Shown here one piece after another: positions 9,409-18,750 of a stretch of 64,000 bases of DNA. Position 1 is the first letter of the stretch. Every line of letters starts with the position of its first letter. The notes below the pieces were generated by a model. The model did not search any database. It saw only the letters and a program-made list of their open reading frames with translations, and had not been told where the DNA came from. This DNA comes from an uncultured Gemmatimonadota bacterium (lineage in GTDB: Bacteria; Gemmatimonadota; CAZMKB01), in NCBI GenBank assembly GCA_964654825.1, contig CAZZKG010000003.1, forward strand, positions 26,531 through 90,530, read 5' to 3'. The translations under genes and the position numbers were made by a program.

Positions 9409-11430
9409 TTGGAGAAGGAGGCCCTCATGGCAGATAAGGAGTTCAAGACCTATGTCCCTGCAGACACCGATATGCTGGAGTTCACCTTTAAAGCGGTACT
9501 GGTTGGTGCCATCTTTGCCATCATCCTCGGCTCAGCAAATGCATATCTCGGTCTCAAGGCGGGTATGACCGTTGCTGCTACTTTTCCTGCTGCCGTGATG
9601 GCCATGGCGATCCTCAAAGTCTTCGGGGGGAGCATCCTCGAAGAGAATATATGCAGGACAACCGCCGCGGTTGGTGAAGCGCTCGTTGCGGGTGCCATTT
9701 TCACCATACCTGCGTTTCTCATTGCAGAGGACCCGGCGACCGGTGAGAAGCTATGGACCAGTATCAAGTGGTCGGAGAGTACTGCTCTCATGCTCGTCGG
9801 CGGCATTCTCGGTGTTCTGTTCGTCGTGTTTCTCAGGAGGATTCTGCTAGAGGACAAAACACTTCCTTTTCCCGAAAGTGTCGCCTGCTCGGAGATCGTC
9901 AAGGCGGGTCAGAAGGGGCAATCAGGCGCGAAGTACGTCTTCGGGTCCATCGGTCTTGCGGCTGTTATCGAGCTCTTAAAGAATAATTACGGTCTCGAAA
10001 TGATCACGGCTTATGTCCGAACATTTATCCCCATGAAAGTCCTCAACTTCAAACTGGTGACCACGCAGCTCAAACAAATCAAGGAGACGTTTACAACGAC
10101 AGGCGGGGTTTTTCTCGAGACACCAGCTGCATCTCCCGCTATGGTGGGTGTAGGCTATATCATCGGGCCCAGGCTCTCGGCGATCGTTTTCAGCGGTGGA
10201 GTCTTCGGCTGGCTTCTCCTCGTGCCGCTCCTGGTCTTCATCGACAACAGTTACAGTGGTATGGTCGACAGCGGCCAGACCACCTGGGTCGAGATCTGTA
10301 ACGCCGTCTGGAACTCCCAGGTGCGACCGCTGGCTGTAGGCGCTATGCTGGTCGGTGCGTTCTACACGCTCTTCACGATGCGGAGTTCCCTCGGTGCCGG
10401 CATTGCCAGGGCTTTCCGGGATATGAGCAAGGTGAGTAAGGATATTGAAAAAACGAACAGACTCGATCAGGATATTCCATACAAATGGGTTGTTATCGGT
10501 GTCATTTTCCTCGTTATCCCCATAACAATAATCTACTATCACTTCAGCGGGAGCCTTGGCGGCGCATTGCTCGCCGCTCTGGTGATGACTCTGGCCGGCT
10601 TTCTCTTCGCAGCTGTTGCCGGATACCTCGTCGGCACAATCGGAAGCTCGAACAATCCCATCTCGGGCCTGACATTGTCAACGCTGATCGTTGCTGCTCT
10701 CCTGATGGTGCTCATCGGCGTAAAGGGGGCAGCCGGTATCGCCGCTGTTCTGGGTGTCGCGGCCGTAGTTTGCTGCTCTTCGGGTGTCGCAGGTGACATT
10801 ATCCAGGATCTCAAGGTGGGCCACATCCTCGGCGGAACACCATGGAAGATGGAATTGGGGTGTATGATAGGTGTGGTTGCCGCTGCACTCGTGATGGTTT
10901 TTCCCCTGCAGATGTTACATGAAGCCAATCTCGCAACGGGAGGTATCGGCGGTGATGCACTCCCCGCTCCGCAGGCAGGTCTGATGGCGATGCTCTCCCA
11001 GGGAATCATCGGGGGAGGCATGGCATGGCCTCTCGTCCTCGTGGGTATTCTCTTCTCAGTGGGTCTGATACTCATCAAAGCACCCTCGCCGATGCTCATC
11101 GCGGTGGGGATGTATCTTCCTTTCAATACGACCGCAGCAATATTCTGCGGTGGGATTGTGAAGTATATCGTCACTACTATCATTGAAAAACGCAATACTC
11201 CGGCAAGTGAAAAGGAGACAGTTGAGAATACGGGTATTCTGGTCGCCTCCGGACTGATTGCCGGTGAAGCGCTCATGGGGATCCTCATTGCATTTTATGT
11301 TGTCACTACCGGGAATCCGATTTATCAGATCATCCCGGGCGGTTCCCCCTGGCTGGGATTGCTCGTGTTTGCGGTCCTGGCGTATGTTCTGATCAATATT
11401 CCGCTGAAGGTGAGCAAAGAGGCCTCTTAA
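9409..11430 (+). CDS. OPT-family oligopeptide transporter
   Basis: 673 aa. About 16 predicted TM helices. N-terminal region (EFTFKAVLVGAIFAIILGSANAYLGLKAGMTVAATFPAAV) typical of OPT superfamily transporters. Confidence 0.85.
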   Translation: MEKEALMADKEFKTYVPADTDMLEFTFKAVLVGAIFAIILGSANAYLGLKAGMTVAATFPAAVMAMAILKVFGGSILEENICRTTAAVGEALVAGAIFTIPAFLIAEDPATGEKLWTSIKWSESTALMLVGGILGVLFVVFLRRILLEDKTLPFPESVACSEIVKAGQKGQSGAKYVFGSIGLAAVIELLKNNYGLEMITAYVRTFIPMKVLNFKLVTTQLKQIKETFTTTGGVFLETPAASPAMVGVGYIIGPRLSAIVFSGGVFGWLLLVPLLVFIDNSYSGMVDSGQTTWVEICNAVWNSQVRPLAVGAMLVGAFYTLFTMRSSLGAGIARAFRDMSKVSKDIEKTNRLDQDIPYKWVVIGVIFLVIPITIIYYHFSGSLGGALLAALVMTLAGFLFAAVAGYLVGTIGSSNNPISGLTLSTLIVAALLMVLIGVKGAAGIAAVLGVAAVVCCSSGVAGDIIQDLKVGHILGGTPWKMELGCMIGVVAAALVMVFPLQMLHEANLATGGIGGDALPAPQAGLMAMLSQGIIGGGMAWPLVLVGILFSVGLILIKAPSPMLIAVGMYLPFNTTAAIFCGGIVKYIVTTIIEKRNTPASEKETVENTGILVASGLIAGEALMGILIAFYVVTTGNPIYQIIPGGSPWLGLLVFAVLAYVLINIPLKVSKEAS

Positions 11431-11431
11431 T

Positions 11432-11776
11432 ATGAGTAAGAAAGAAGTAAATCTCCTCGAACTAGTACCATTCCGGAACAGGGAATGGGAAAAGGACGAG
11501 CAGGCTCAAGTCGTGATCCTGGCACCACGATTCACCAATAAGTGGTTGCTGAAGATGCTCGTCCCGAGGATGAAGAGCCCCAGCTACCGCGTCAACCTGG
11601 ATGCCGTCGGAAGCTGGGTGTGGTTGAACTGCGATGGTGAGAAGACTGTCGAAGAGATCGGGAAAGGCCTGGTGAAAAAGTTCGGGGAAAACGTGGAACC
11701 GGTGTATGACCGGTTGGGTCAGCTCTTCCGAATAATGGAAGAGCACCTCTTCATCAGATTCAAAAACCTGACCTGA
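11432..11776 (+). CDS. PqqD-family protein (RiPP-recognition-element-like small protein)
   Basis: 114 aa. YRVNLDAVGSWVWLNCDGEKTVEEIGKGLVKKFGENVEPVYDRLGQLFRIMEEHLFI fits the PqqD fold signature (LN.tg..iW.l.DG..tv.eI). Starts 2 bp after the OPT stop. Confidence 0.55.
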   Translation: MSKKEVNLLELVPFRNREWEKDEQAQVVILAPRFTNKWLLKMLVPRMKSPSYRVNLDAVGSWVWLNCDGEKTVEEIGKGLVKKFGENVEPVYDRLGQLFRIMEEHLFIRFKNLT

Positions 11777-11826
11777 AGAACCTGGTCCCCTTTTGACAGA
11801 ACATGAGGAGAAGCGGTCGGCACACG

Positions 11827-12975
11827 ATGAACATCGGGATTCTCAAAGAAAAAACGGAAGGTGAGAGAAGGGTAGGGCTTACCCCTTCTGTGGTCAACTC
11901 GCTGGTGAGGCAGGGTCACAGTGTATTCGTCGAAGAGGGGGCCGGCATCAGGTCTTTCTTCGAAGACCAGGATTATGAATCGGCCGGTGCCAGAGTGGTA
12001 AAGGGTGCCGACGAACTCATCGGCCGTTCGAAGATCGTTATCAAAGTCTCTCCCCTCGCACCACAGGAATATGAACGGCTGGTACCGAATCAGATTGTCC
12101 TCGGTTTCATGCACATAGCCATAGCTACCGAACCATCGATCCGGGAGATCATCAACAAGAAGGTGACCGTCATCGGATATGAGATCATCGAGGACACGCG
12201 CGGCCGGCTCCCCATTCTCATTCCCATGAGCGAGATAGCAGGTCAGGTCTGTGTGCAGATTGCCGCTCATTATCTCCAGGGTGATCAGGGCGGGAGAGGG
12301 CTTCTCGTGGGGGGCATGCCGGGAGTACCACCGGCAGTATTCGTAATCGCGGGAGCCGGTGTTGTGGGGACCGAGGCTGCCAGGGCTGCACTCGGCCTCG
12401 GTGCTCAGGTGGTTGTTCTCGACAAGGAAGTGGAAAAACTGAGACGTATCGACGAACTTTTTGGAAAAAGAATCGCAACAGCCGTTGCCACAAAGTACAA
12501 TCTCGATCGTGTCGTGAAATTTGCCGATGTATTCATCGGGTCGGTCCTGATCCACGGAGAGAAGACCCCGATTCTCGTCACCCGTGAGATGCTCCATTCT
12601 ATGAAAAAGGGTGCGGTAATCGTTGATGTGTCGATAGACCAGGGAGGCTGTATCGAAACGAGCAGGCCAACAACTACCGAATCGCCTGTTTTCGTCGAGG
12701 AAGGAGTAGTCCACTACTGTGTTCCCTACATCCCCTCCGTGGTGAGCAGGACTGCCACTCGAGCCCTCAGCAATGTTGTACTCCCGTTCATTTCTCAAAT
12801 CGCCGAGATCGGCATCGAGGAAGCCGTACAACAGAATCTCACACTGGCGAGAGGAGTGTATTTTTACAAGGGTCGGTGCGTCAAAGCTGGACTCTCCCAG
12901 GCCTTCGGGATAGGCTGTAATCCGATCCAGGATATCCTTGATGGGAAAGTCTGGGTCGACGACCTCTCCCTGTGA
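11827..12975 (+). CDS. ald: alanine dehydrogenase
   Basis: MNIGILKEKTEGERRVGLTP N-terminus and Rossmann motif (VIAGAGVVGTEAARAALGLGAQVVVLD), AlaDH/PNT family. Start taken at the ATG at 11827 rather than the ORF-track 11803. Confidence 0.85.
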   Translation: MNIGILKEKTEGERRVGLTPSVVNSLVRQGHSVFVEEGAGIRSFFEDQDYESAGARVVKGADELIGRSKIVIKVSPLAPQEYERLVPNQIVLGFMHIAIATEPSIREIINKKVTVIGYEIIEDTRGRLPILIPMSEIAGQVCVQIAAHYLQGDQGGRGLLVGGMPGVPPAVFVIAGAGVVGTEAARAALGLGAQVVVLDKEVEKLRRIDELFGKRIATAVATKYNLDRVVKFADVFIGSVLIHGEKTPILVTREMLHSMKKGAVIVDVSIDQGGCIETSRPTTTESPVFVEEGVVHYCVPYIPSVVSRTATRALSNVVLPFISQIAEIGIEEAVQQNLTLARGVYFYKGRCVKAGLSQAFGIGCNPIQDILDGKVWVDDLSL

Positions 12976-13146
12976 CCATTCTGTGTTATCGGTCTCAAAA
13001 GATAAGCATCAGATCGGTGGAGTCCCACTCTGCTTCTTTGGTTTTCCTTGATTTTTGCATCCTCCCATGTAAATTTATGAAACAGATGGAGTCGTGTGCA
13101 GGGGTTTGTTTTACCGTTATCATGGAAGTAATTGAAGGAGTACGAG

Positions 13147-14214
13147 ATGACCTTGTTTGAGAAAATGAGTGAACTGGATCATGAACAGGTGGTGTATTGC
13201 CACAACAAAGAAGCCGGTCTTAAGGCAATAATTGCGATCCATAACACGACACTCGGCCCGGCTCTCGGCGGGACGAGGATGTGGCCTTTCGAAAGTGAAG
13301 ATGAAGCCTTGATTGATGTACTCCGGTTGTCCAGGGGTATGACTTATAAGGCCTCACTGGCGGGACTGAACCTCGGTGGTGGAAAAGCCGTCATCATCGG
13401 CGATCCAAAGAAAGACAAGACGGAAAAACTATTCCGGGCTTTCGGCAGGTTTGTCCAGACCCTGGGTGGTCGATACATCACGGCTGAAGATGTTGGTACC
13501 GCTGTGCAGGACATGGACTACGTATACATGGAAACCAAACACGTCACCGGTGTTACACAGGCACACGGCGGGAGTGGTGACCCTTCACCGGTTACCGCCT
13601 GGGGTGTGTTTCACGGTATCAGGGCATGTGTGAAGGAGAAGATGAACAGAGATGATCTGGAGGGTCTCACTGTCGCTGTTCAGGGGCTTGGCCACGTTGG
13701 GTATTATCTGGTGAAAAATCTCACCGAGGCCGGTGCGAAATGCGTCGTCACCGATATCGATAACGAGAAAATCAATCGTGTGGTCGATGAGTTTGAGGCC
13801 GTGAGAGTCGAACCGGATGACATCTACGGGGTCGATGCCGAAATTTTTGCACCATGTGCTCTGGGGGCAGTCATCAACGACAAGACAATCCCGATGCTCA
13901 AGTGCCAGATCGTCGCCGGGGGTGCAAACAACCAGCTCGCCACAGAAAAACACGGCGACATTCTCTCAGAAAAGCAAGTCCTTTACGCACCCGACTATGT
14001 CATCAATGCCGGTGGCCTGATCAATGTCTCTATCGAGCTCGAGGGTTATGTGAAGGAAAGAGCTCTCATGAAAACCTCCCAGATCTATGACACACTGCTG
14101 AAGATCTTTGAGATAAAGAATAAGCAGAACGTTCCCACCTACAGAGCGGCAGACCTTCTCGCCGAGGAGAGGATCAGAACAACCGGAGGGATTCACAGCA
14201 GTTATCTCCCTTAA
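13147..14214 (+). CDS. leucine dehydrogenase (Glu/Leu/Phe/Val dehydrogenase family)
   Basis: GLKAIIAIHNTTLGPALGGTRMWPFESEDEALIDVLRLSRGMTYKASLAGLNLGGGKAVIIGDPKK is the catalytic Lys/Gly-rich motif. Rossmann motif VQGLGHVGYYL. About 355 aa. GAAGGAG RBS 6 nt before the ATG at 13147. Confidence 0.8.
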   Translation: MTLFEKMSELDHEQVVYCHNKEAGLKAIIAIHNTTLGPALGGTRMWPFESEDEALIDVLRLSRGMTYKASLAGLNLGGGKAVIIGDPKKDKTEKLFRAFGRFVQTLGGRYITAEDVGTAVQDMDYVYMETKHVTGVTQAHGGSGDPSPVTAWGVFHGIRACVKEKMNRDDLEGLTVAVQGLGHVGYYLVKNLTEAGAKCVVTDIDNEKINRVVDEFEAVRVEPDDIYGVDAEIFAPCALGAVINDKTIPMLKCQIVAGGANNQLATEKHGDILSEKQVLYAPDYVINAGGLINVSIELEGYVKERALMKTSQIYDTLLKIFEIKNKQNVPTYRAADLLAEERIRTTGGIHSSYLP

Positions 14215-14228
14215 CATGTGGGTAAAGG

Positions 14229-14591
14229 ATGACTAAACTATTGATCGTAGATGATGAAGGACCTCTGCGGCTCCTCTACGAGAAGGAGTTTACCGAGGAG
14301 GGATACGAAGTTGTCATTGCAGGAGATGGCAGGGAAGCGGTCGAAAAGATCGAGGAGGAAACACCGGACCTGGTCATTCTCGACATCCAGATGCCTGAGA
14401 TGGACGGTCTCGAGGCCATGGGGAGGATACTCGGGAAGCATAACAAAATTCCAGTCATTATCAACACTGCGTATTCAAGCTACAAGAGCAATTTCATGAG
14501 TTGGGCGGCCGATGCCTATGTAGTGAAATCGTCGAACCTCGATGAGTTGAAATCTACCATCAGGGAGGTTCTCGAAAACTACAATAAGTAG
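14229..14591 (+). CDS. single-domain response regulator (CheY-like receiver)
   Basis: LLIVDDEGPLR, DLVILDIQMPEMDG, PVIINTAYSS and K motifs, a canonical receiver. 120 aa with no output domain. Confidence 0.85.
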   Translation: MTKLLIVDDEGPLRLLYEKEFTEEGYEVVIAGDGREAVEKIEEETPDLVILDIQMPEMDGLEAMGRILGKHNKIPVIINTAYSSYKSNFMSWAADAYVVKSSNLDELKSTIREVLENYNK

Positions 14592-14616
14592 CACTACTCC
14601 CCAAAAAGACCGGAGT

Positions 14617-15864
14617 ATGCAGCTCGTCAATATACTGGACAGCGGATATATGAGAGATAGTCTCGTGATTGTCCTCGCCGGGGGTCATGGTGAAAGATTA
14701 TATCCCCTAACAAAGGACAGGACAAAACCTGCTGTTCCTTTCGGTGGCGCCTACCGGATCATCGACTTTACTCTTTCCAATTGCGTAAACTCAGGTCTCA
14801 GAAAAATCCTCGTCCTCACCCAGTACAAATCATTCTCTCTGGATACACACATCAAACAGGGCTGGTTTTTCCTGAGGAGGAGGGAGCTCGGCGAATTCAT
14901 CGAGACAATCCCCCCGCAGTTGAGAAGTTCACAAAAGTGGTACCAGGGAACGGCGGACGCGATTTTCCAGAATATTAACATACTGAACGAGGAACGTCCG
15001 AAGCGTATTTTCATTCTCTCGGGTGATCACATCTATCGCATGAATTATAAACGGATGCTCGAGTGCCATCTCGACAGAGGTGCCAACCTCACTCTGGCAT
15101 GTCTGGAGATGCCGAAAATCGGTATCGAGAGATTCGGGACGGTGAACGCGGATACGGATTTCAGGGTAATCGGTTTCAAAGAGAAATCGAAGACTCCGCT
15201 GTCTCATCCGACAAAGTCGAATAGATCTCTCGTTTCGATGGGAGTCTACCTTTTCGAAACCGAAACCCTCGTCCGTGCCGTTATCAGAGATGCAAAAAAA
15301 GATTCTTCGCACGATTTCGGGAGAAACATCATTCCGGAGATGCTATCCACTCACAAGATATTCGCCTACAATTTTATCGACGAGTCGAAGGGAATTCCGA
15401 TGTACTGGAGAGATATCGGTACCATCGACAGCTACTGGGAAGCCAACATGGATCTCCTGAAGAAAGATCCACCGCTAGACCTCTATAACAGCCACTGGCC
15501 GATCTTCACGGCCAACAGGATGGCTCCACCGTCAATCGTGAAGTGTGAAACGAAAAACGGAAAAGTGACCGGTGTTATCGACTCCATCATCGCAAACGGC
15601 TGTAAAATCCAGGGAGCCGTGGTGAAGCGATCAATACTCTCGCCCGGAGTGACAACCAACCCGAATTCGAGGATCACCGATTCTATCATCATGGCAGGGG
15701 TGGTCATCGGTAGAGGTGTGCGGATCAAGAAAACGATCGTTGACAAGAATGTCATCATCCCCGACAACTTCTCGATAGGGTACCGAAAGGAAGAGGACAG
15801 AAAGCGATTCATGATCTCACCCGGGGGAATCACCATTGTTCCCAAGGGTTATCGTTTCCAGTGA
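14617..15864 (+). CDS. glucose-1-phosphate adenylyltransferase paralog (second GlgC/GlgD-like subunit)
   Basis: GGHGERLYPLTKDRTKPAVPFGGAYRIIDFTLSNCVNSG, WYQGTADAIFQN and a C-terminal LbH domain. Clearly paralogous to the gene at 3208. Confidence 0.85.
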   Translation: MQLVNILDSGYMRDSLVIVLAGGHGERLYPLTKDRTKPAVPFGGAYRIIDFTLSNCVNSGLRKILVLTQYKSFSLDTHIKQGWFFLRRRELGEFIETIPPQLRSSQKWYQGTADAIFQNINILNEERPKRIFILSGDHIYRMNYKRMLECHLDRGANLTLACLEMPKIGIERFGTVNADTDFRVIGFKEKSKTPLSHPTKSNRSLVSMGVYLFETETLVRAVIRDAKKDSSHDFGRNIIPEMLSTHKIFAYNFIDESKGIPMYWRDIGTIDSYWEANMDLLKKDPPLDLYNSHWPIFTANRMAPPSIVKCETKNGKVTGVIDSIIANGCKIQGAVVKRSILSPGVTTNPNSRITDSIIMAGVVIGRGVRIKKTIVDKNVIIPDNFSIGYRKEEDRKRFMISPGGITIVPKGYRFQ

Positions 15865-17563
15865 CCTGGAGGGCAGTTTGAGCGAGGAAGTACAAAAGGA
15901 GGTACCGGAAGTCAAGTGCTGGGAAATCCTCGAGTGCGAGTACGAGTCATGTTCCGCTTTTGGCGAGCCTGACCGGGTGTGCTGGCTCCTCGAGGACGCT
16001 GCGTGCGCCAACAGGCCGGGTGTCAAACCCGAAGACAAGTTCATCGAGGTCTGCAGCGACTGCGATGTGTTCGAAAAGAGGCTCGAGCGGGCACTGGGTC
16101 GAAGGATAGATGACTACGCAATTAACGAGACGCTACAGAAACTCATCAACGAGCTGGGGTTCAGGCACTACGAGCTCAAACGGACGAACGAAAGCCTGAT
16201 CAGGAGAGTGAGAGGGCTTACTTTCTTCGGCGAGGTCTCCGCCGATCTGGCAAGTACAAAAGAGCTCGATGAGATATTACAGATCATTCTCACCGGGATC
16301 ACCTTCGGCGATGTCCTGGGATTCAACAGGGCCTTTCTCTTTCTCGTGAATGAGCCCCGGCGTCAACTCGACGGAAGACTCGCCGTGGGTCCGGCTGACG
16401 AGAAAGAAGCTCACCGTATATGGACCGAGCTCTCATCTGAACCACTTTCCATCAAAGAGATGATCGAGACGAAGAGGAAGATCGCCAATGGTGCCGACCG
16501 GTTCGTCAACACTCTCGTGAAACAGATCTCGGTCTCTCTCGACAACGAAGACAACATTCTCATCAAAGCCATGAAGGAAAAGAAGTCTTTCAATATCAAC
16601 AGGACATCGGATGAACTGAATGGCAGTATGGAGATGATCGAGACGCTGGGTACGGATGCGTTCGCAGTCGTTCCTCTCACTGTGAAGGAGCGGGGGCTGG
16701 GGGTTCTGGTGGCGGACAATATCTACTCGCGACGCCCCATCACCAAAGATGATATGAACTTGCTCGAGACCTTCGTTCACCAGGCGAGTATCGCCATCCA
16801 CGATGCGGGTCTCTATACGAGTCTTTCTGAGAAGGTGCAGGAACTCGAAGAGGCATATCGCATACTCCAGGATAATCAGGAGAGGTTGGTGAGGGCGGAA
16901 AAACTAGCAGCTGTTGGAGAGATTACAGCCAAGGTCGCTCACGAGATAAAGAATCCGTTAACCTCCATAGGGGGGTTTACCCGCTCCATCTACAAGGGTG
17001 TCGGTGAGGACGACCCGAACAGGAAATACCTCGAGGTGATCCTTCAGGAGGTCGAAAGGCTAGAAGGTATTCTCCATGATCTGCTCTCCTTCGCCCATCC
17101 CTCGCCGCCGGAGAAGATGAAGCGGAACATCAACGAAATCATAGAGAAAAGCATCCTTGTACTCTCCGGAGAAGTGGACAGAAACATGATCGAGCTGGAC
17201 CTTCACCTTCTGCCCGATCTTCCCGATGTGTGGTATGATTCCAGGCAGCTCAAACAGGTATTCATCAATCTCTTCAAGAATGCCATCCAGGCCATGGATA
17301 GTAACGGCAAGCTGAGGATCGAGAGCCAGAGGACCGACCGGTGGGTCTGTGTGAGTGTGATGGATACCGGGATGGGGATCCCCCAGGAGAACATGTCAAA
17401 GCTCTTTCTTCCGTTCTTCACGACGAAACACGATGGGTCCGGGCTGGGACTGCCCGTGAGCCACCAGATTCTCAAAGATCACGATGGCTACATCGATGTG
17501 TCCAGCCAGGAAGGGGTCGGTACCAACTTCATGGTCTACCTCCCCATCAAGGAAGAGCCGTAA
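15836..17563 (+). CDS. sensor histidine kinase with N-terminal Cys-rich module and GAF domain
   Basis: N-terminal Cys cluster (KCWEILECEYESCSAFGEPDRVCWLLEDAACANRPG...VCSDCDVFEK). GAF-like middle. HisKA H-box (VAHEIKNPLTSIGGF). HATPase_c (DTGMGIPQE...GSGLGLPVSHQI). TTG start in the ORF track, so the exact start is uncertain. Confidence 0.8.
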   Translation: MFPRVIVSSDLEGSLSEEVQKEVPEVKCWEILECEYESCSAFGEPDRVCWLLEDAACANRPGVKPEDKFIEVCSDCDVFEKRLERALGRRIDDYAINETLQKLINELGFRHYELKRTNESLIRRVRGLTFFGEVSADLASTKELDEILQIILTGITFGDVLGFNRAFLFLVNEPRRQLDGRLAVGPADEKEAHRIWTELSSEPLSIKEMIETKRKIANGADRFVNTLVKQISVSLDNEDNILIKAMKEKKSFNINRTSDELNGSMEMIETLGTDAFAVVPLTVKERGLGVLVADNIYSRRPITKDDMNLLETFVHQASIAIHDAGLYTSLSEKVQELEEAYRILQDNQERLVRAEKLAAVGEITAKVAHEIKNPLTSIGGFTRSIYKGVGEDDPNRKYLEVILQEVERLEGILHDLLSFAHPSPPEKMKRNINEIIEKSILVLSGEVDRNMIELDLHLLPDLPDVWYDSRQLKQVFINLFKNAIQAMDSNGKLRIESQRTDRWVCVSVMDTGMGIPQENMSKLFLPFFTTKHDGSGLGLPVSHQILKDHDGYIDVSSQEGVGTNFMVYLPIKEEP

Positions 17564-17790
17564 TTCTGCTGAAGTCCCTCCTCGCCTGATATCTCTCACA
17601 CTCGTTCACCGGACACCCTGCGCTGGCCTGTGCATTTCATATCTCAAGTCGCTCACTTCACCAGGAGTAGTACCCGGAGCCCGGTGATTCGCTCCGAGGA
17701 ATATTTTCGGAAATCTTTTTGAGATATTTTGACATGAAATGAGTTTCCAGGATCACTCCGAAGGATTTTTCGAGAATTTTGACGATCTGC

Positions 17791-17819
17791 TTGACAGAAA
17801 TCCTGATTCCGGGTATAAT
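17791..17819 (+). promoter_or_regulatory. consensus sigma-70 promoter (TTGACA-17bp-TATAAT)
   Basis: TTGACA at 17791-17796 and TATAAT at 17814-17819, 45 bp upstream of the ATG at 17865. Two further TTTTGAC repeats lie upstream, near 17730 and 17772. Confidence 0.5.
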
Positions 17820-17864
17820 CTTTGCTATAGGATTCAGAGACGGCCCTGGCAAGGATGGTGTCCG

Positions 17865-18728
17865 ATGAAAAGGATTATTTTAATTCTCTTCCTCTTTCTG
17901 ATTCTCCCAGCAGCTCTATTCTCAGAACCGGTCGAAGAAATCCTCACTTACTATGATCCGCACGTCCCCGGTCACTACCATGTTATGCCACGGAACAGCG
18001 GCTATGCTCTCTACTATGAACTTCAGGATTTCGATCTTCCAGCCGAGATACGGATCACCGGTGTGTGGGTCTACTCAGCGATGTACGGCATGGTCGTCAT
18101 CTCGCTGTGCGAGGATGACACAACCAACTCTCCCTGGGAGCATTTTCCCTCGGGCGATACGCTTACTACCGTGACGTACCTTGATCCGGGCGGGATCTCT
18201 CCTGATACCGTCTCGATCGGCGGGATCGATATCCGGAATGACATGACTTTATGGATCGTGATCGACCACGAAATTGACGGTGTGCCTTTCTTCGTCTCAG
18301 CGCAAGAGCCCCCGACTGGCCGAACCATGATCAGATCGAAAGCGACCGGAGCCTGGTATTCCGACATAGACGATTGGTCCGTGGGGCTCCTCATCGAGTA
18401 CGAAGCCGTCGGTATCGAGCCGGATCCGGAACCGGACAACCTTCCCAGGACGATTTCTCTCCACCAGAACTATCCCAACCCGTTCAACCCGCAGACGACG
18501 ATCACCTTAGACACGAAAGAAGGAGAGGTGGTGAACCTCTCCATCTACAACATGCGCGGTGTCATCGTAAAACATCTGTTCGACGGCGTGTATCTCGACG
18601 CCGGCCGCCACAGTATCGTCTGGGATGGTACGGACGCAGGCGGTCGCAGCGTTGAATCGGGTATCTACTTCTACCGGCTCGAGACCGGTGACGATGTCAG
18701 AATCAGGAAAATGGTTCTTCTGAAGTAA
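17865..18728 (+). CDS. secreted protein with T9SS-type C-terminal sorting domain (Por_Secre_tail-like)
   Basis: Signal peptide (MKRIILILFLFLILPAALFS). C-terminal LHQNYPNPFNPQTTITL...GIYFYRLETGD, a hallmark T9SS CTD / FlgD-Ig-like domain. Internal ATG at 17865 preferred over the ORF-track 17739. Confidence 0.65.
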   Translation: MKRIILILFLFLILPAALFSEPVEEILTYYDPHVPGHYHVMPRNSGYALYYELQDFDLPAEIRITGVWVYSAMYGMVVISLCEDDTTNSPWEHFPSGDTLTTVTYLDPGGISPDTVSIGGIDIRNDMTLWIVIDHEIDGVPFFVSAQEPPTGRTMIRSKATGAWYSDIDDWSVGLLIEYEAVGIEPDPEPDNLPRTISLHQNYPNPFNPQTTITLDTKEGEVVNLSIYNMRGVIVKHLFDGVYLDAGRHSIVWDGTDAGGRSVESGIYFYRLETGDDVRIRKMVLLK

Positions 18729-18750
18729 TCTATTCAAAATGAGGGGGGGA

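Noticed and set aside
10539-11288. 249-aa ORF antisense to the OPT transporter gene
   Set aside because: Pro/Ala/Arg-rich with no domain. The OPT reading frame is clearly the real one because it has TM-helix periodicity.
12972-13160. 62-aa ORF in the ald-ldh intergenic region
   Set aside because: No RBS and hydrophobic or low-complexity sequence. It overlaps the ldh RBS. Probably non-coding leader.
17658-17852. 64-aa minus-strand ORF overlapping the consensus promoter at 17791-17819
   Set aside because: It covers a promoter region with TTGAC repeats. No coding signature.
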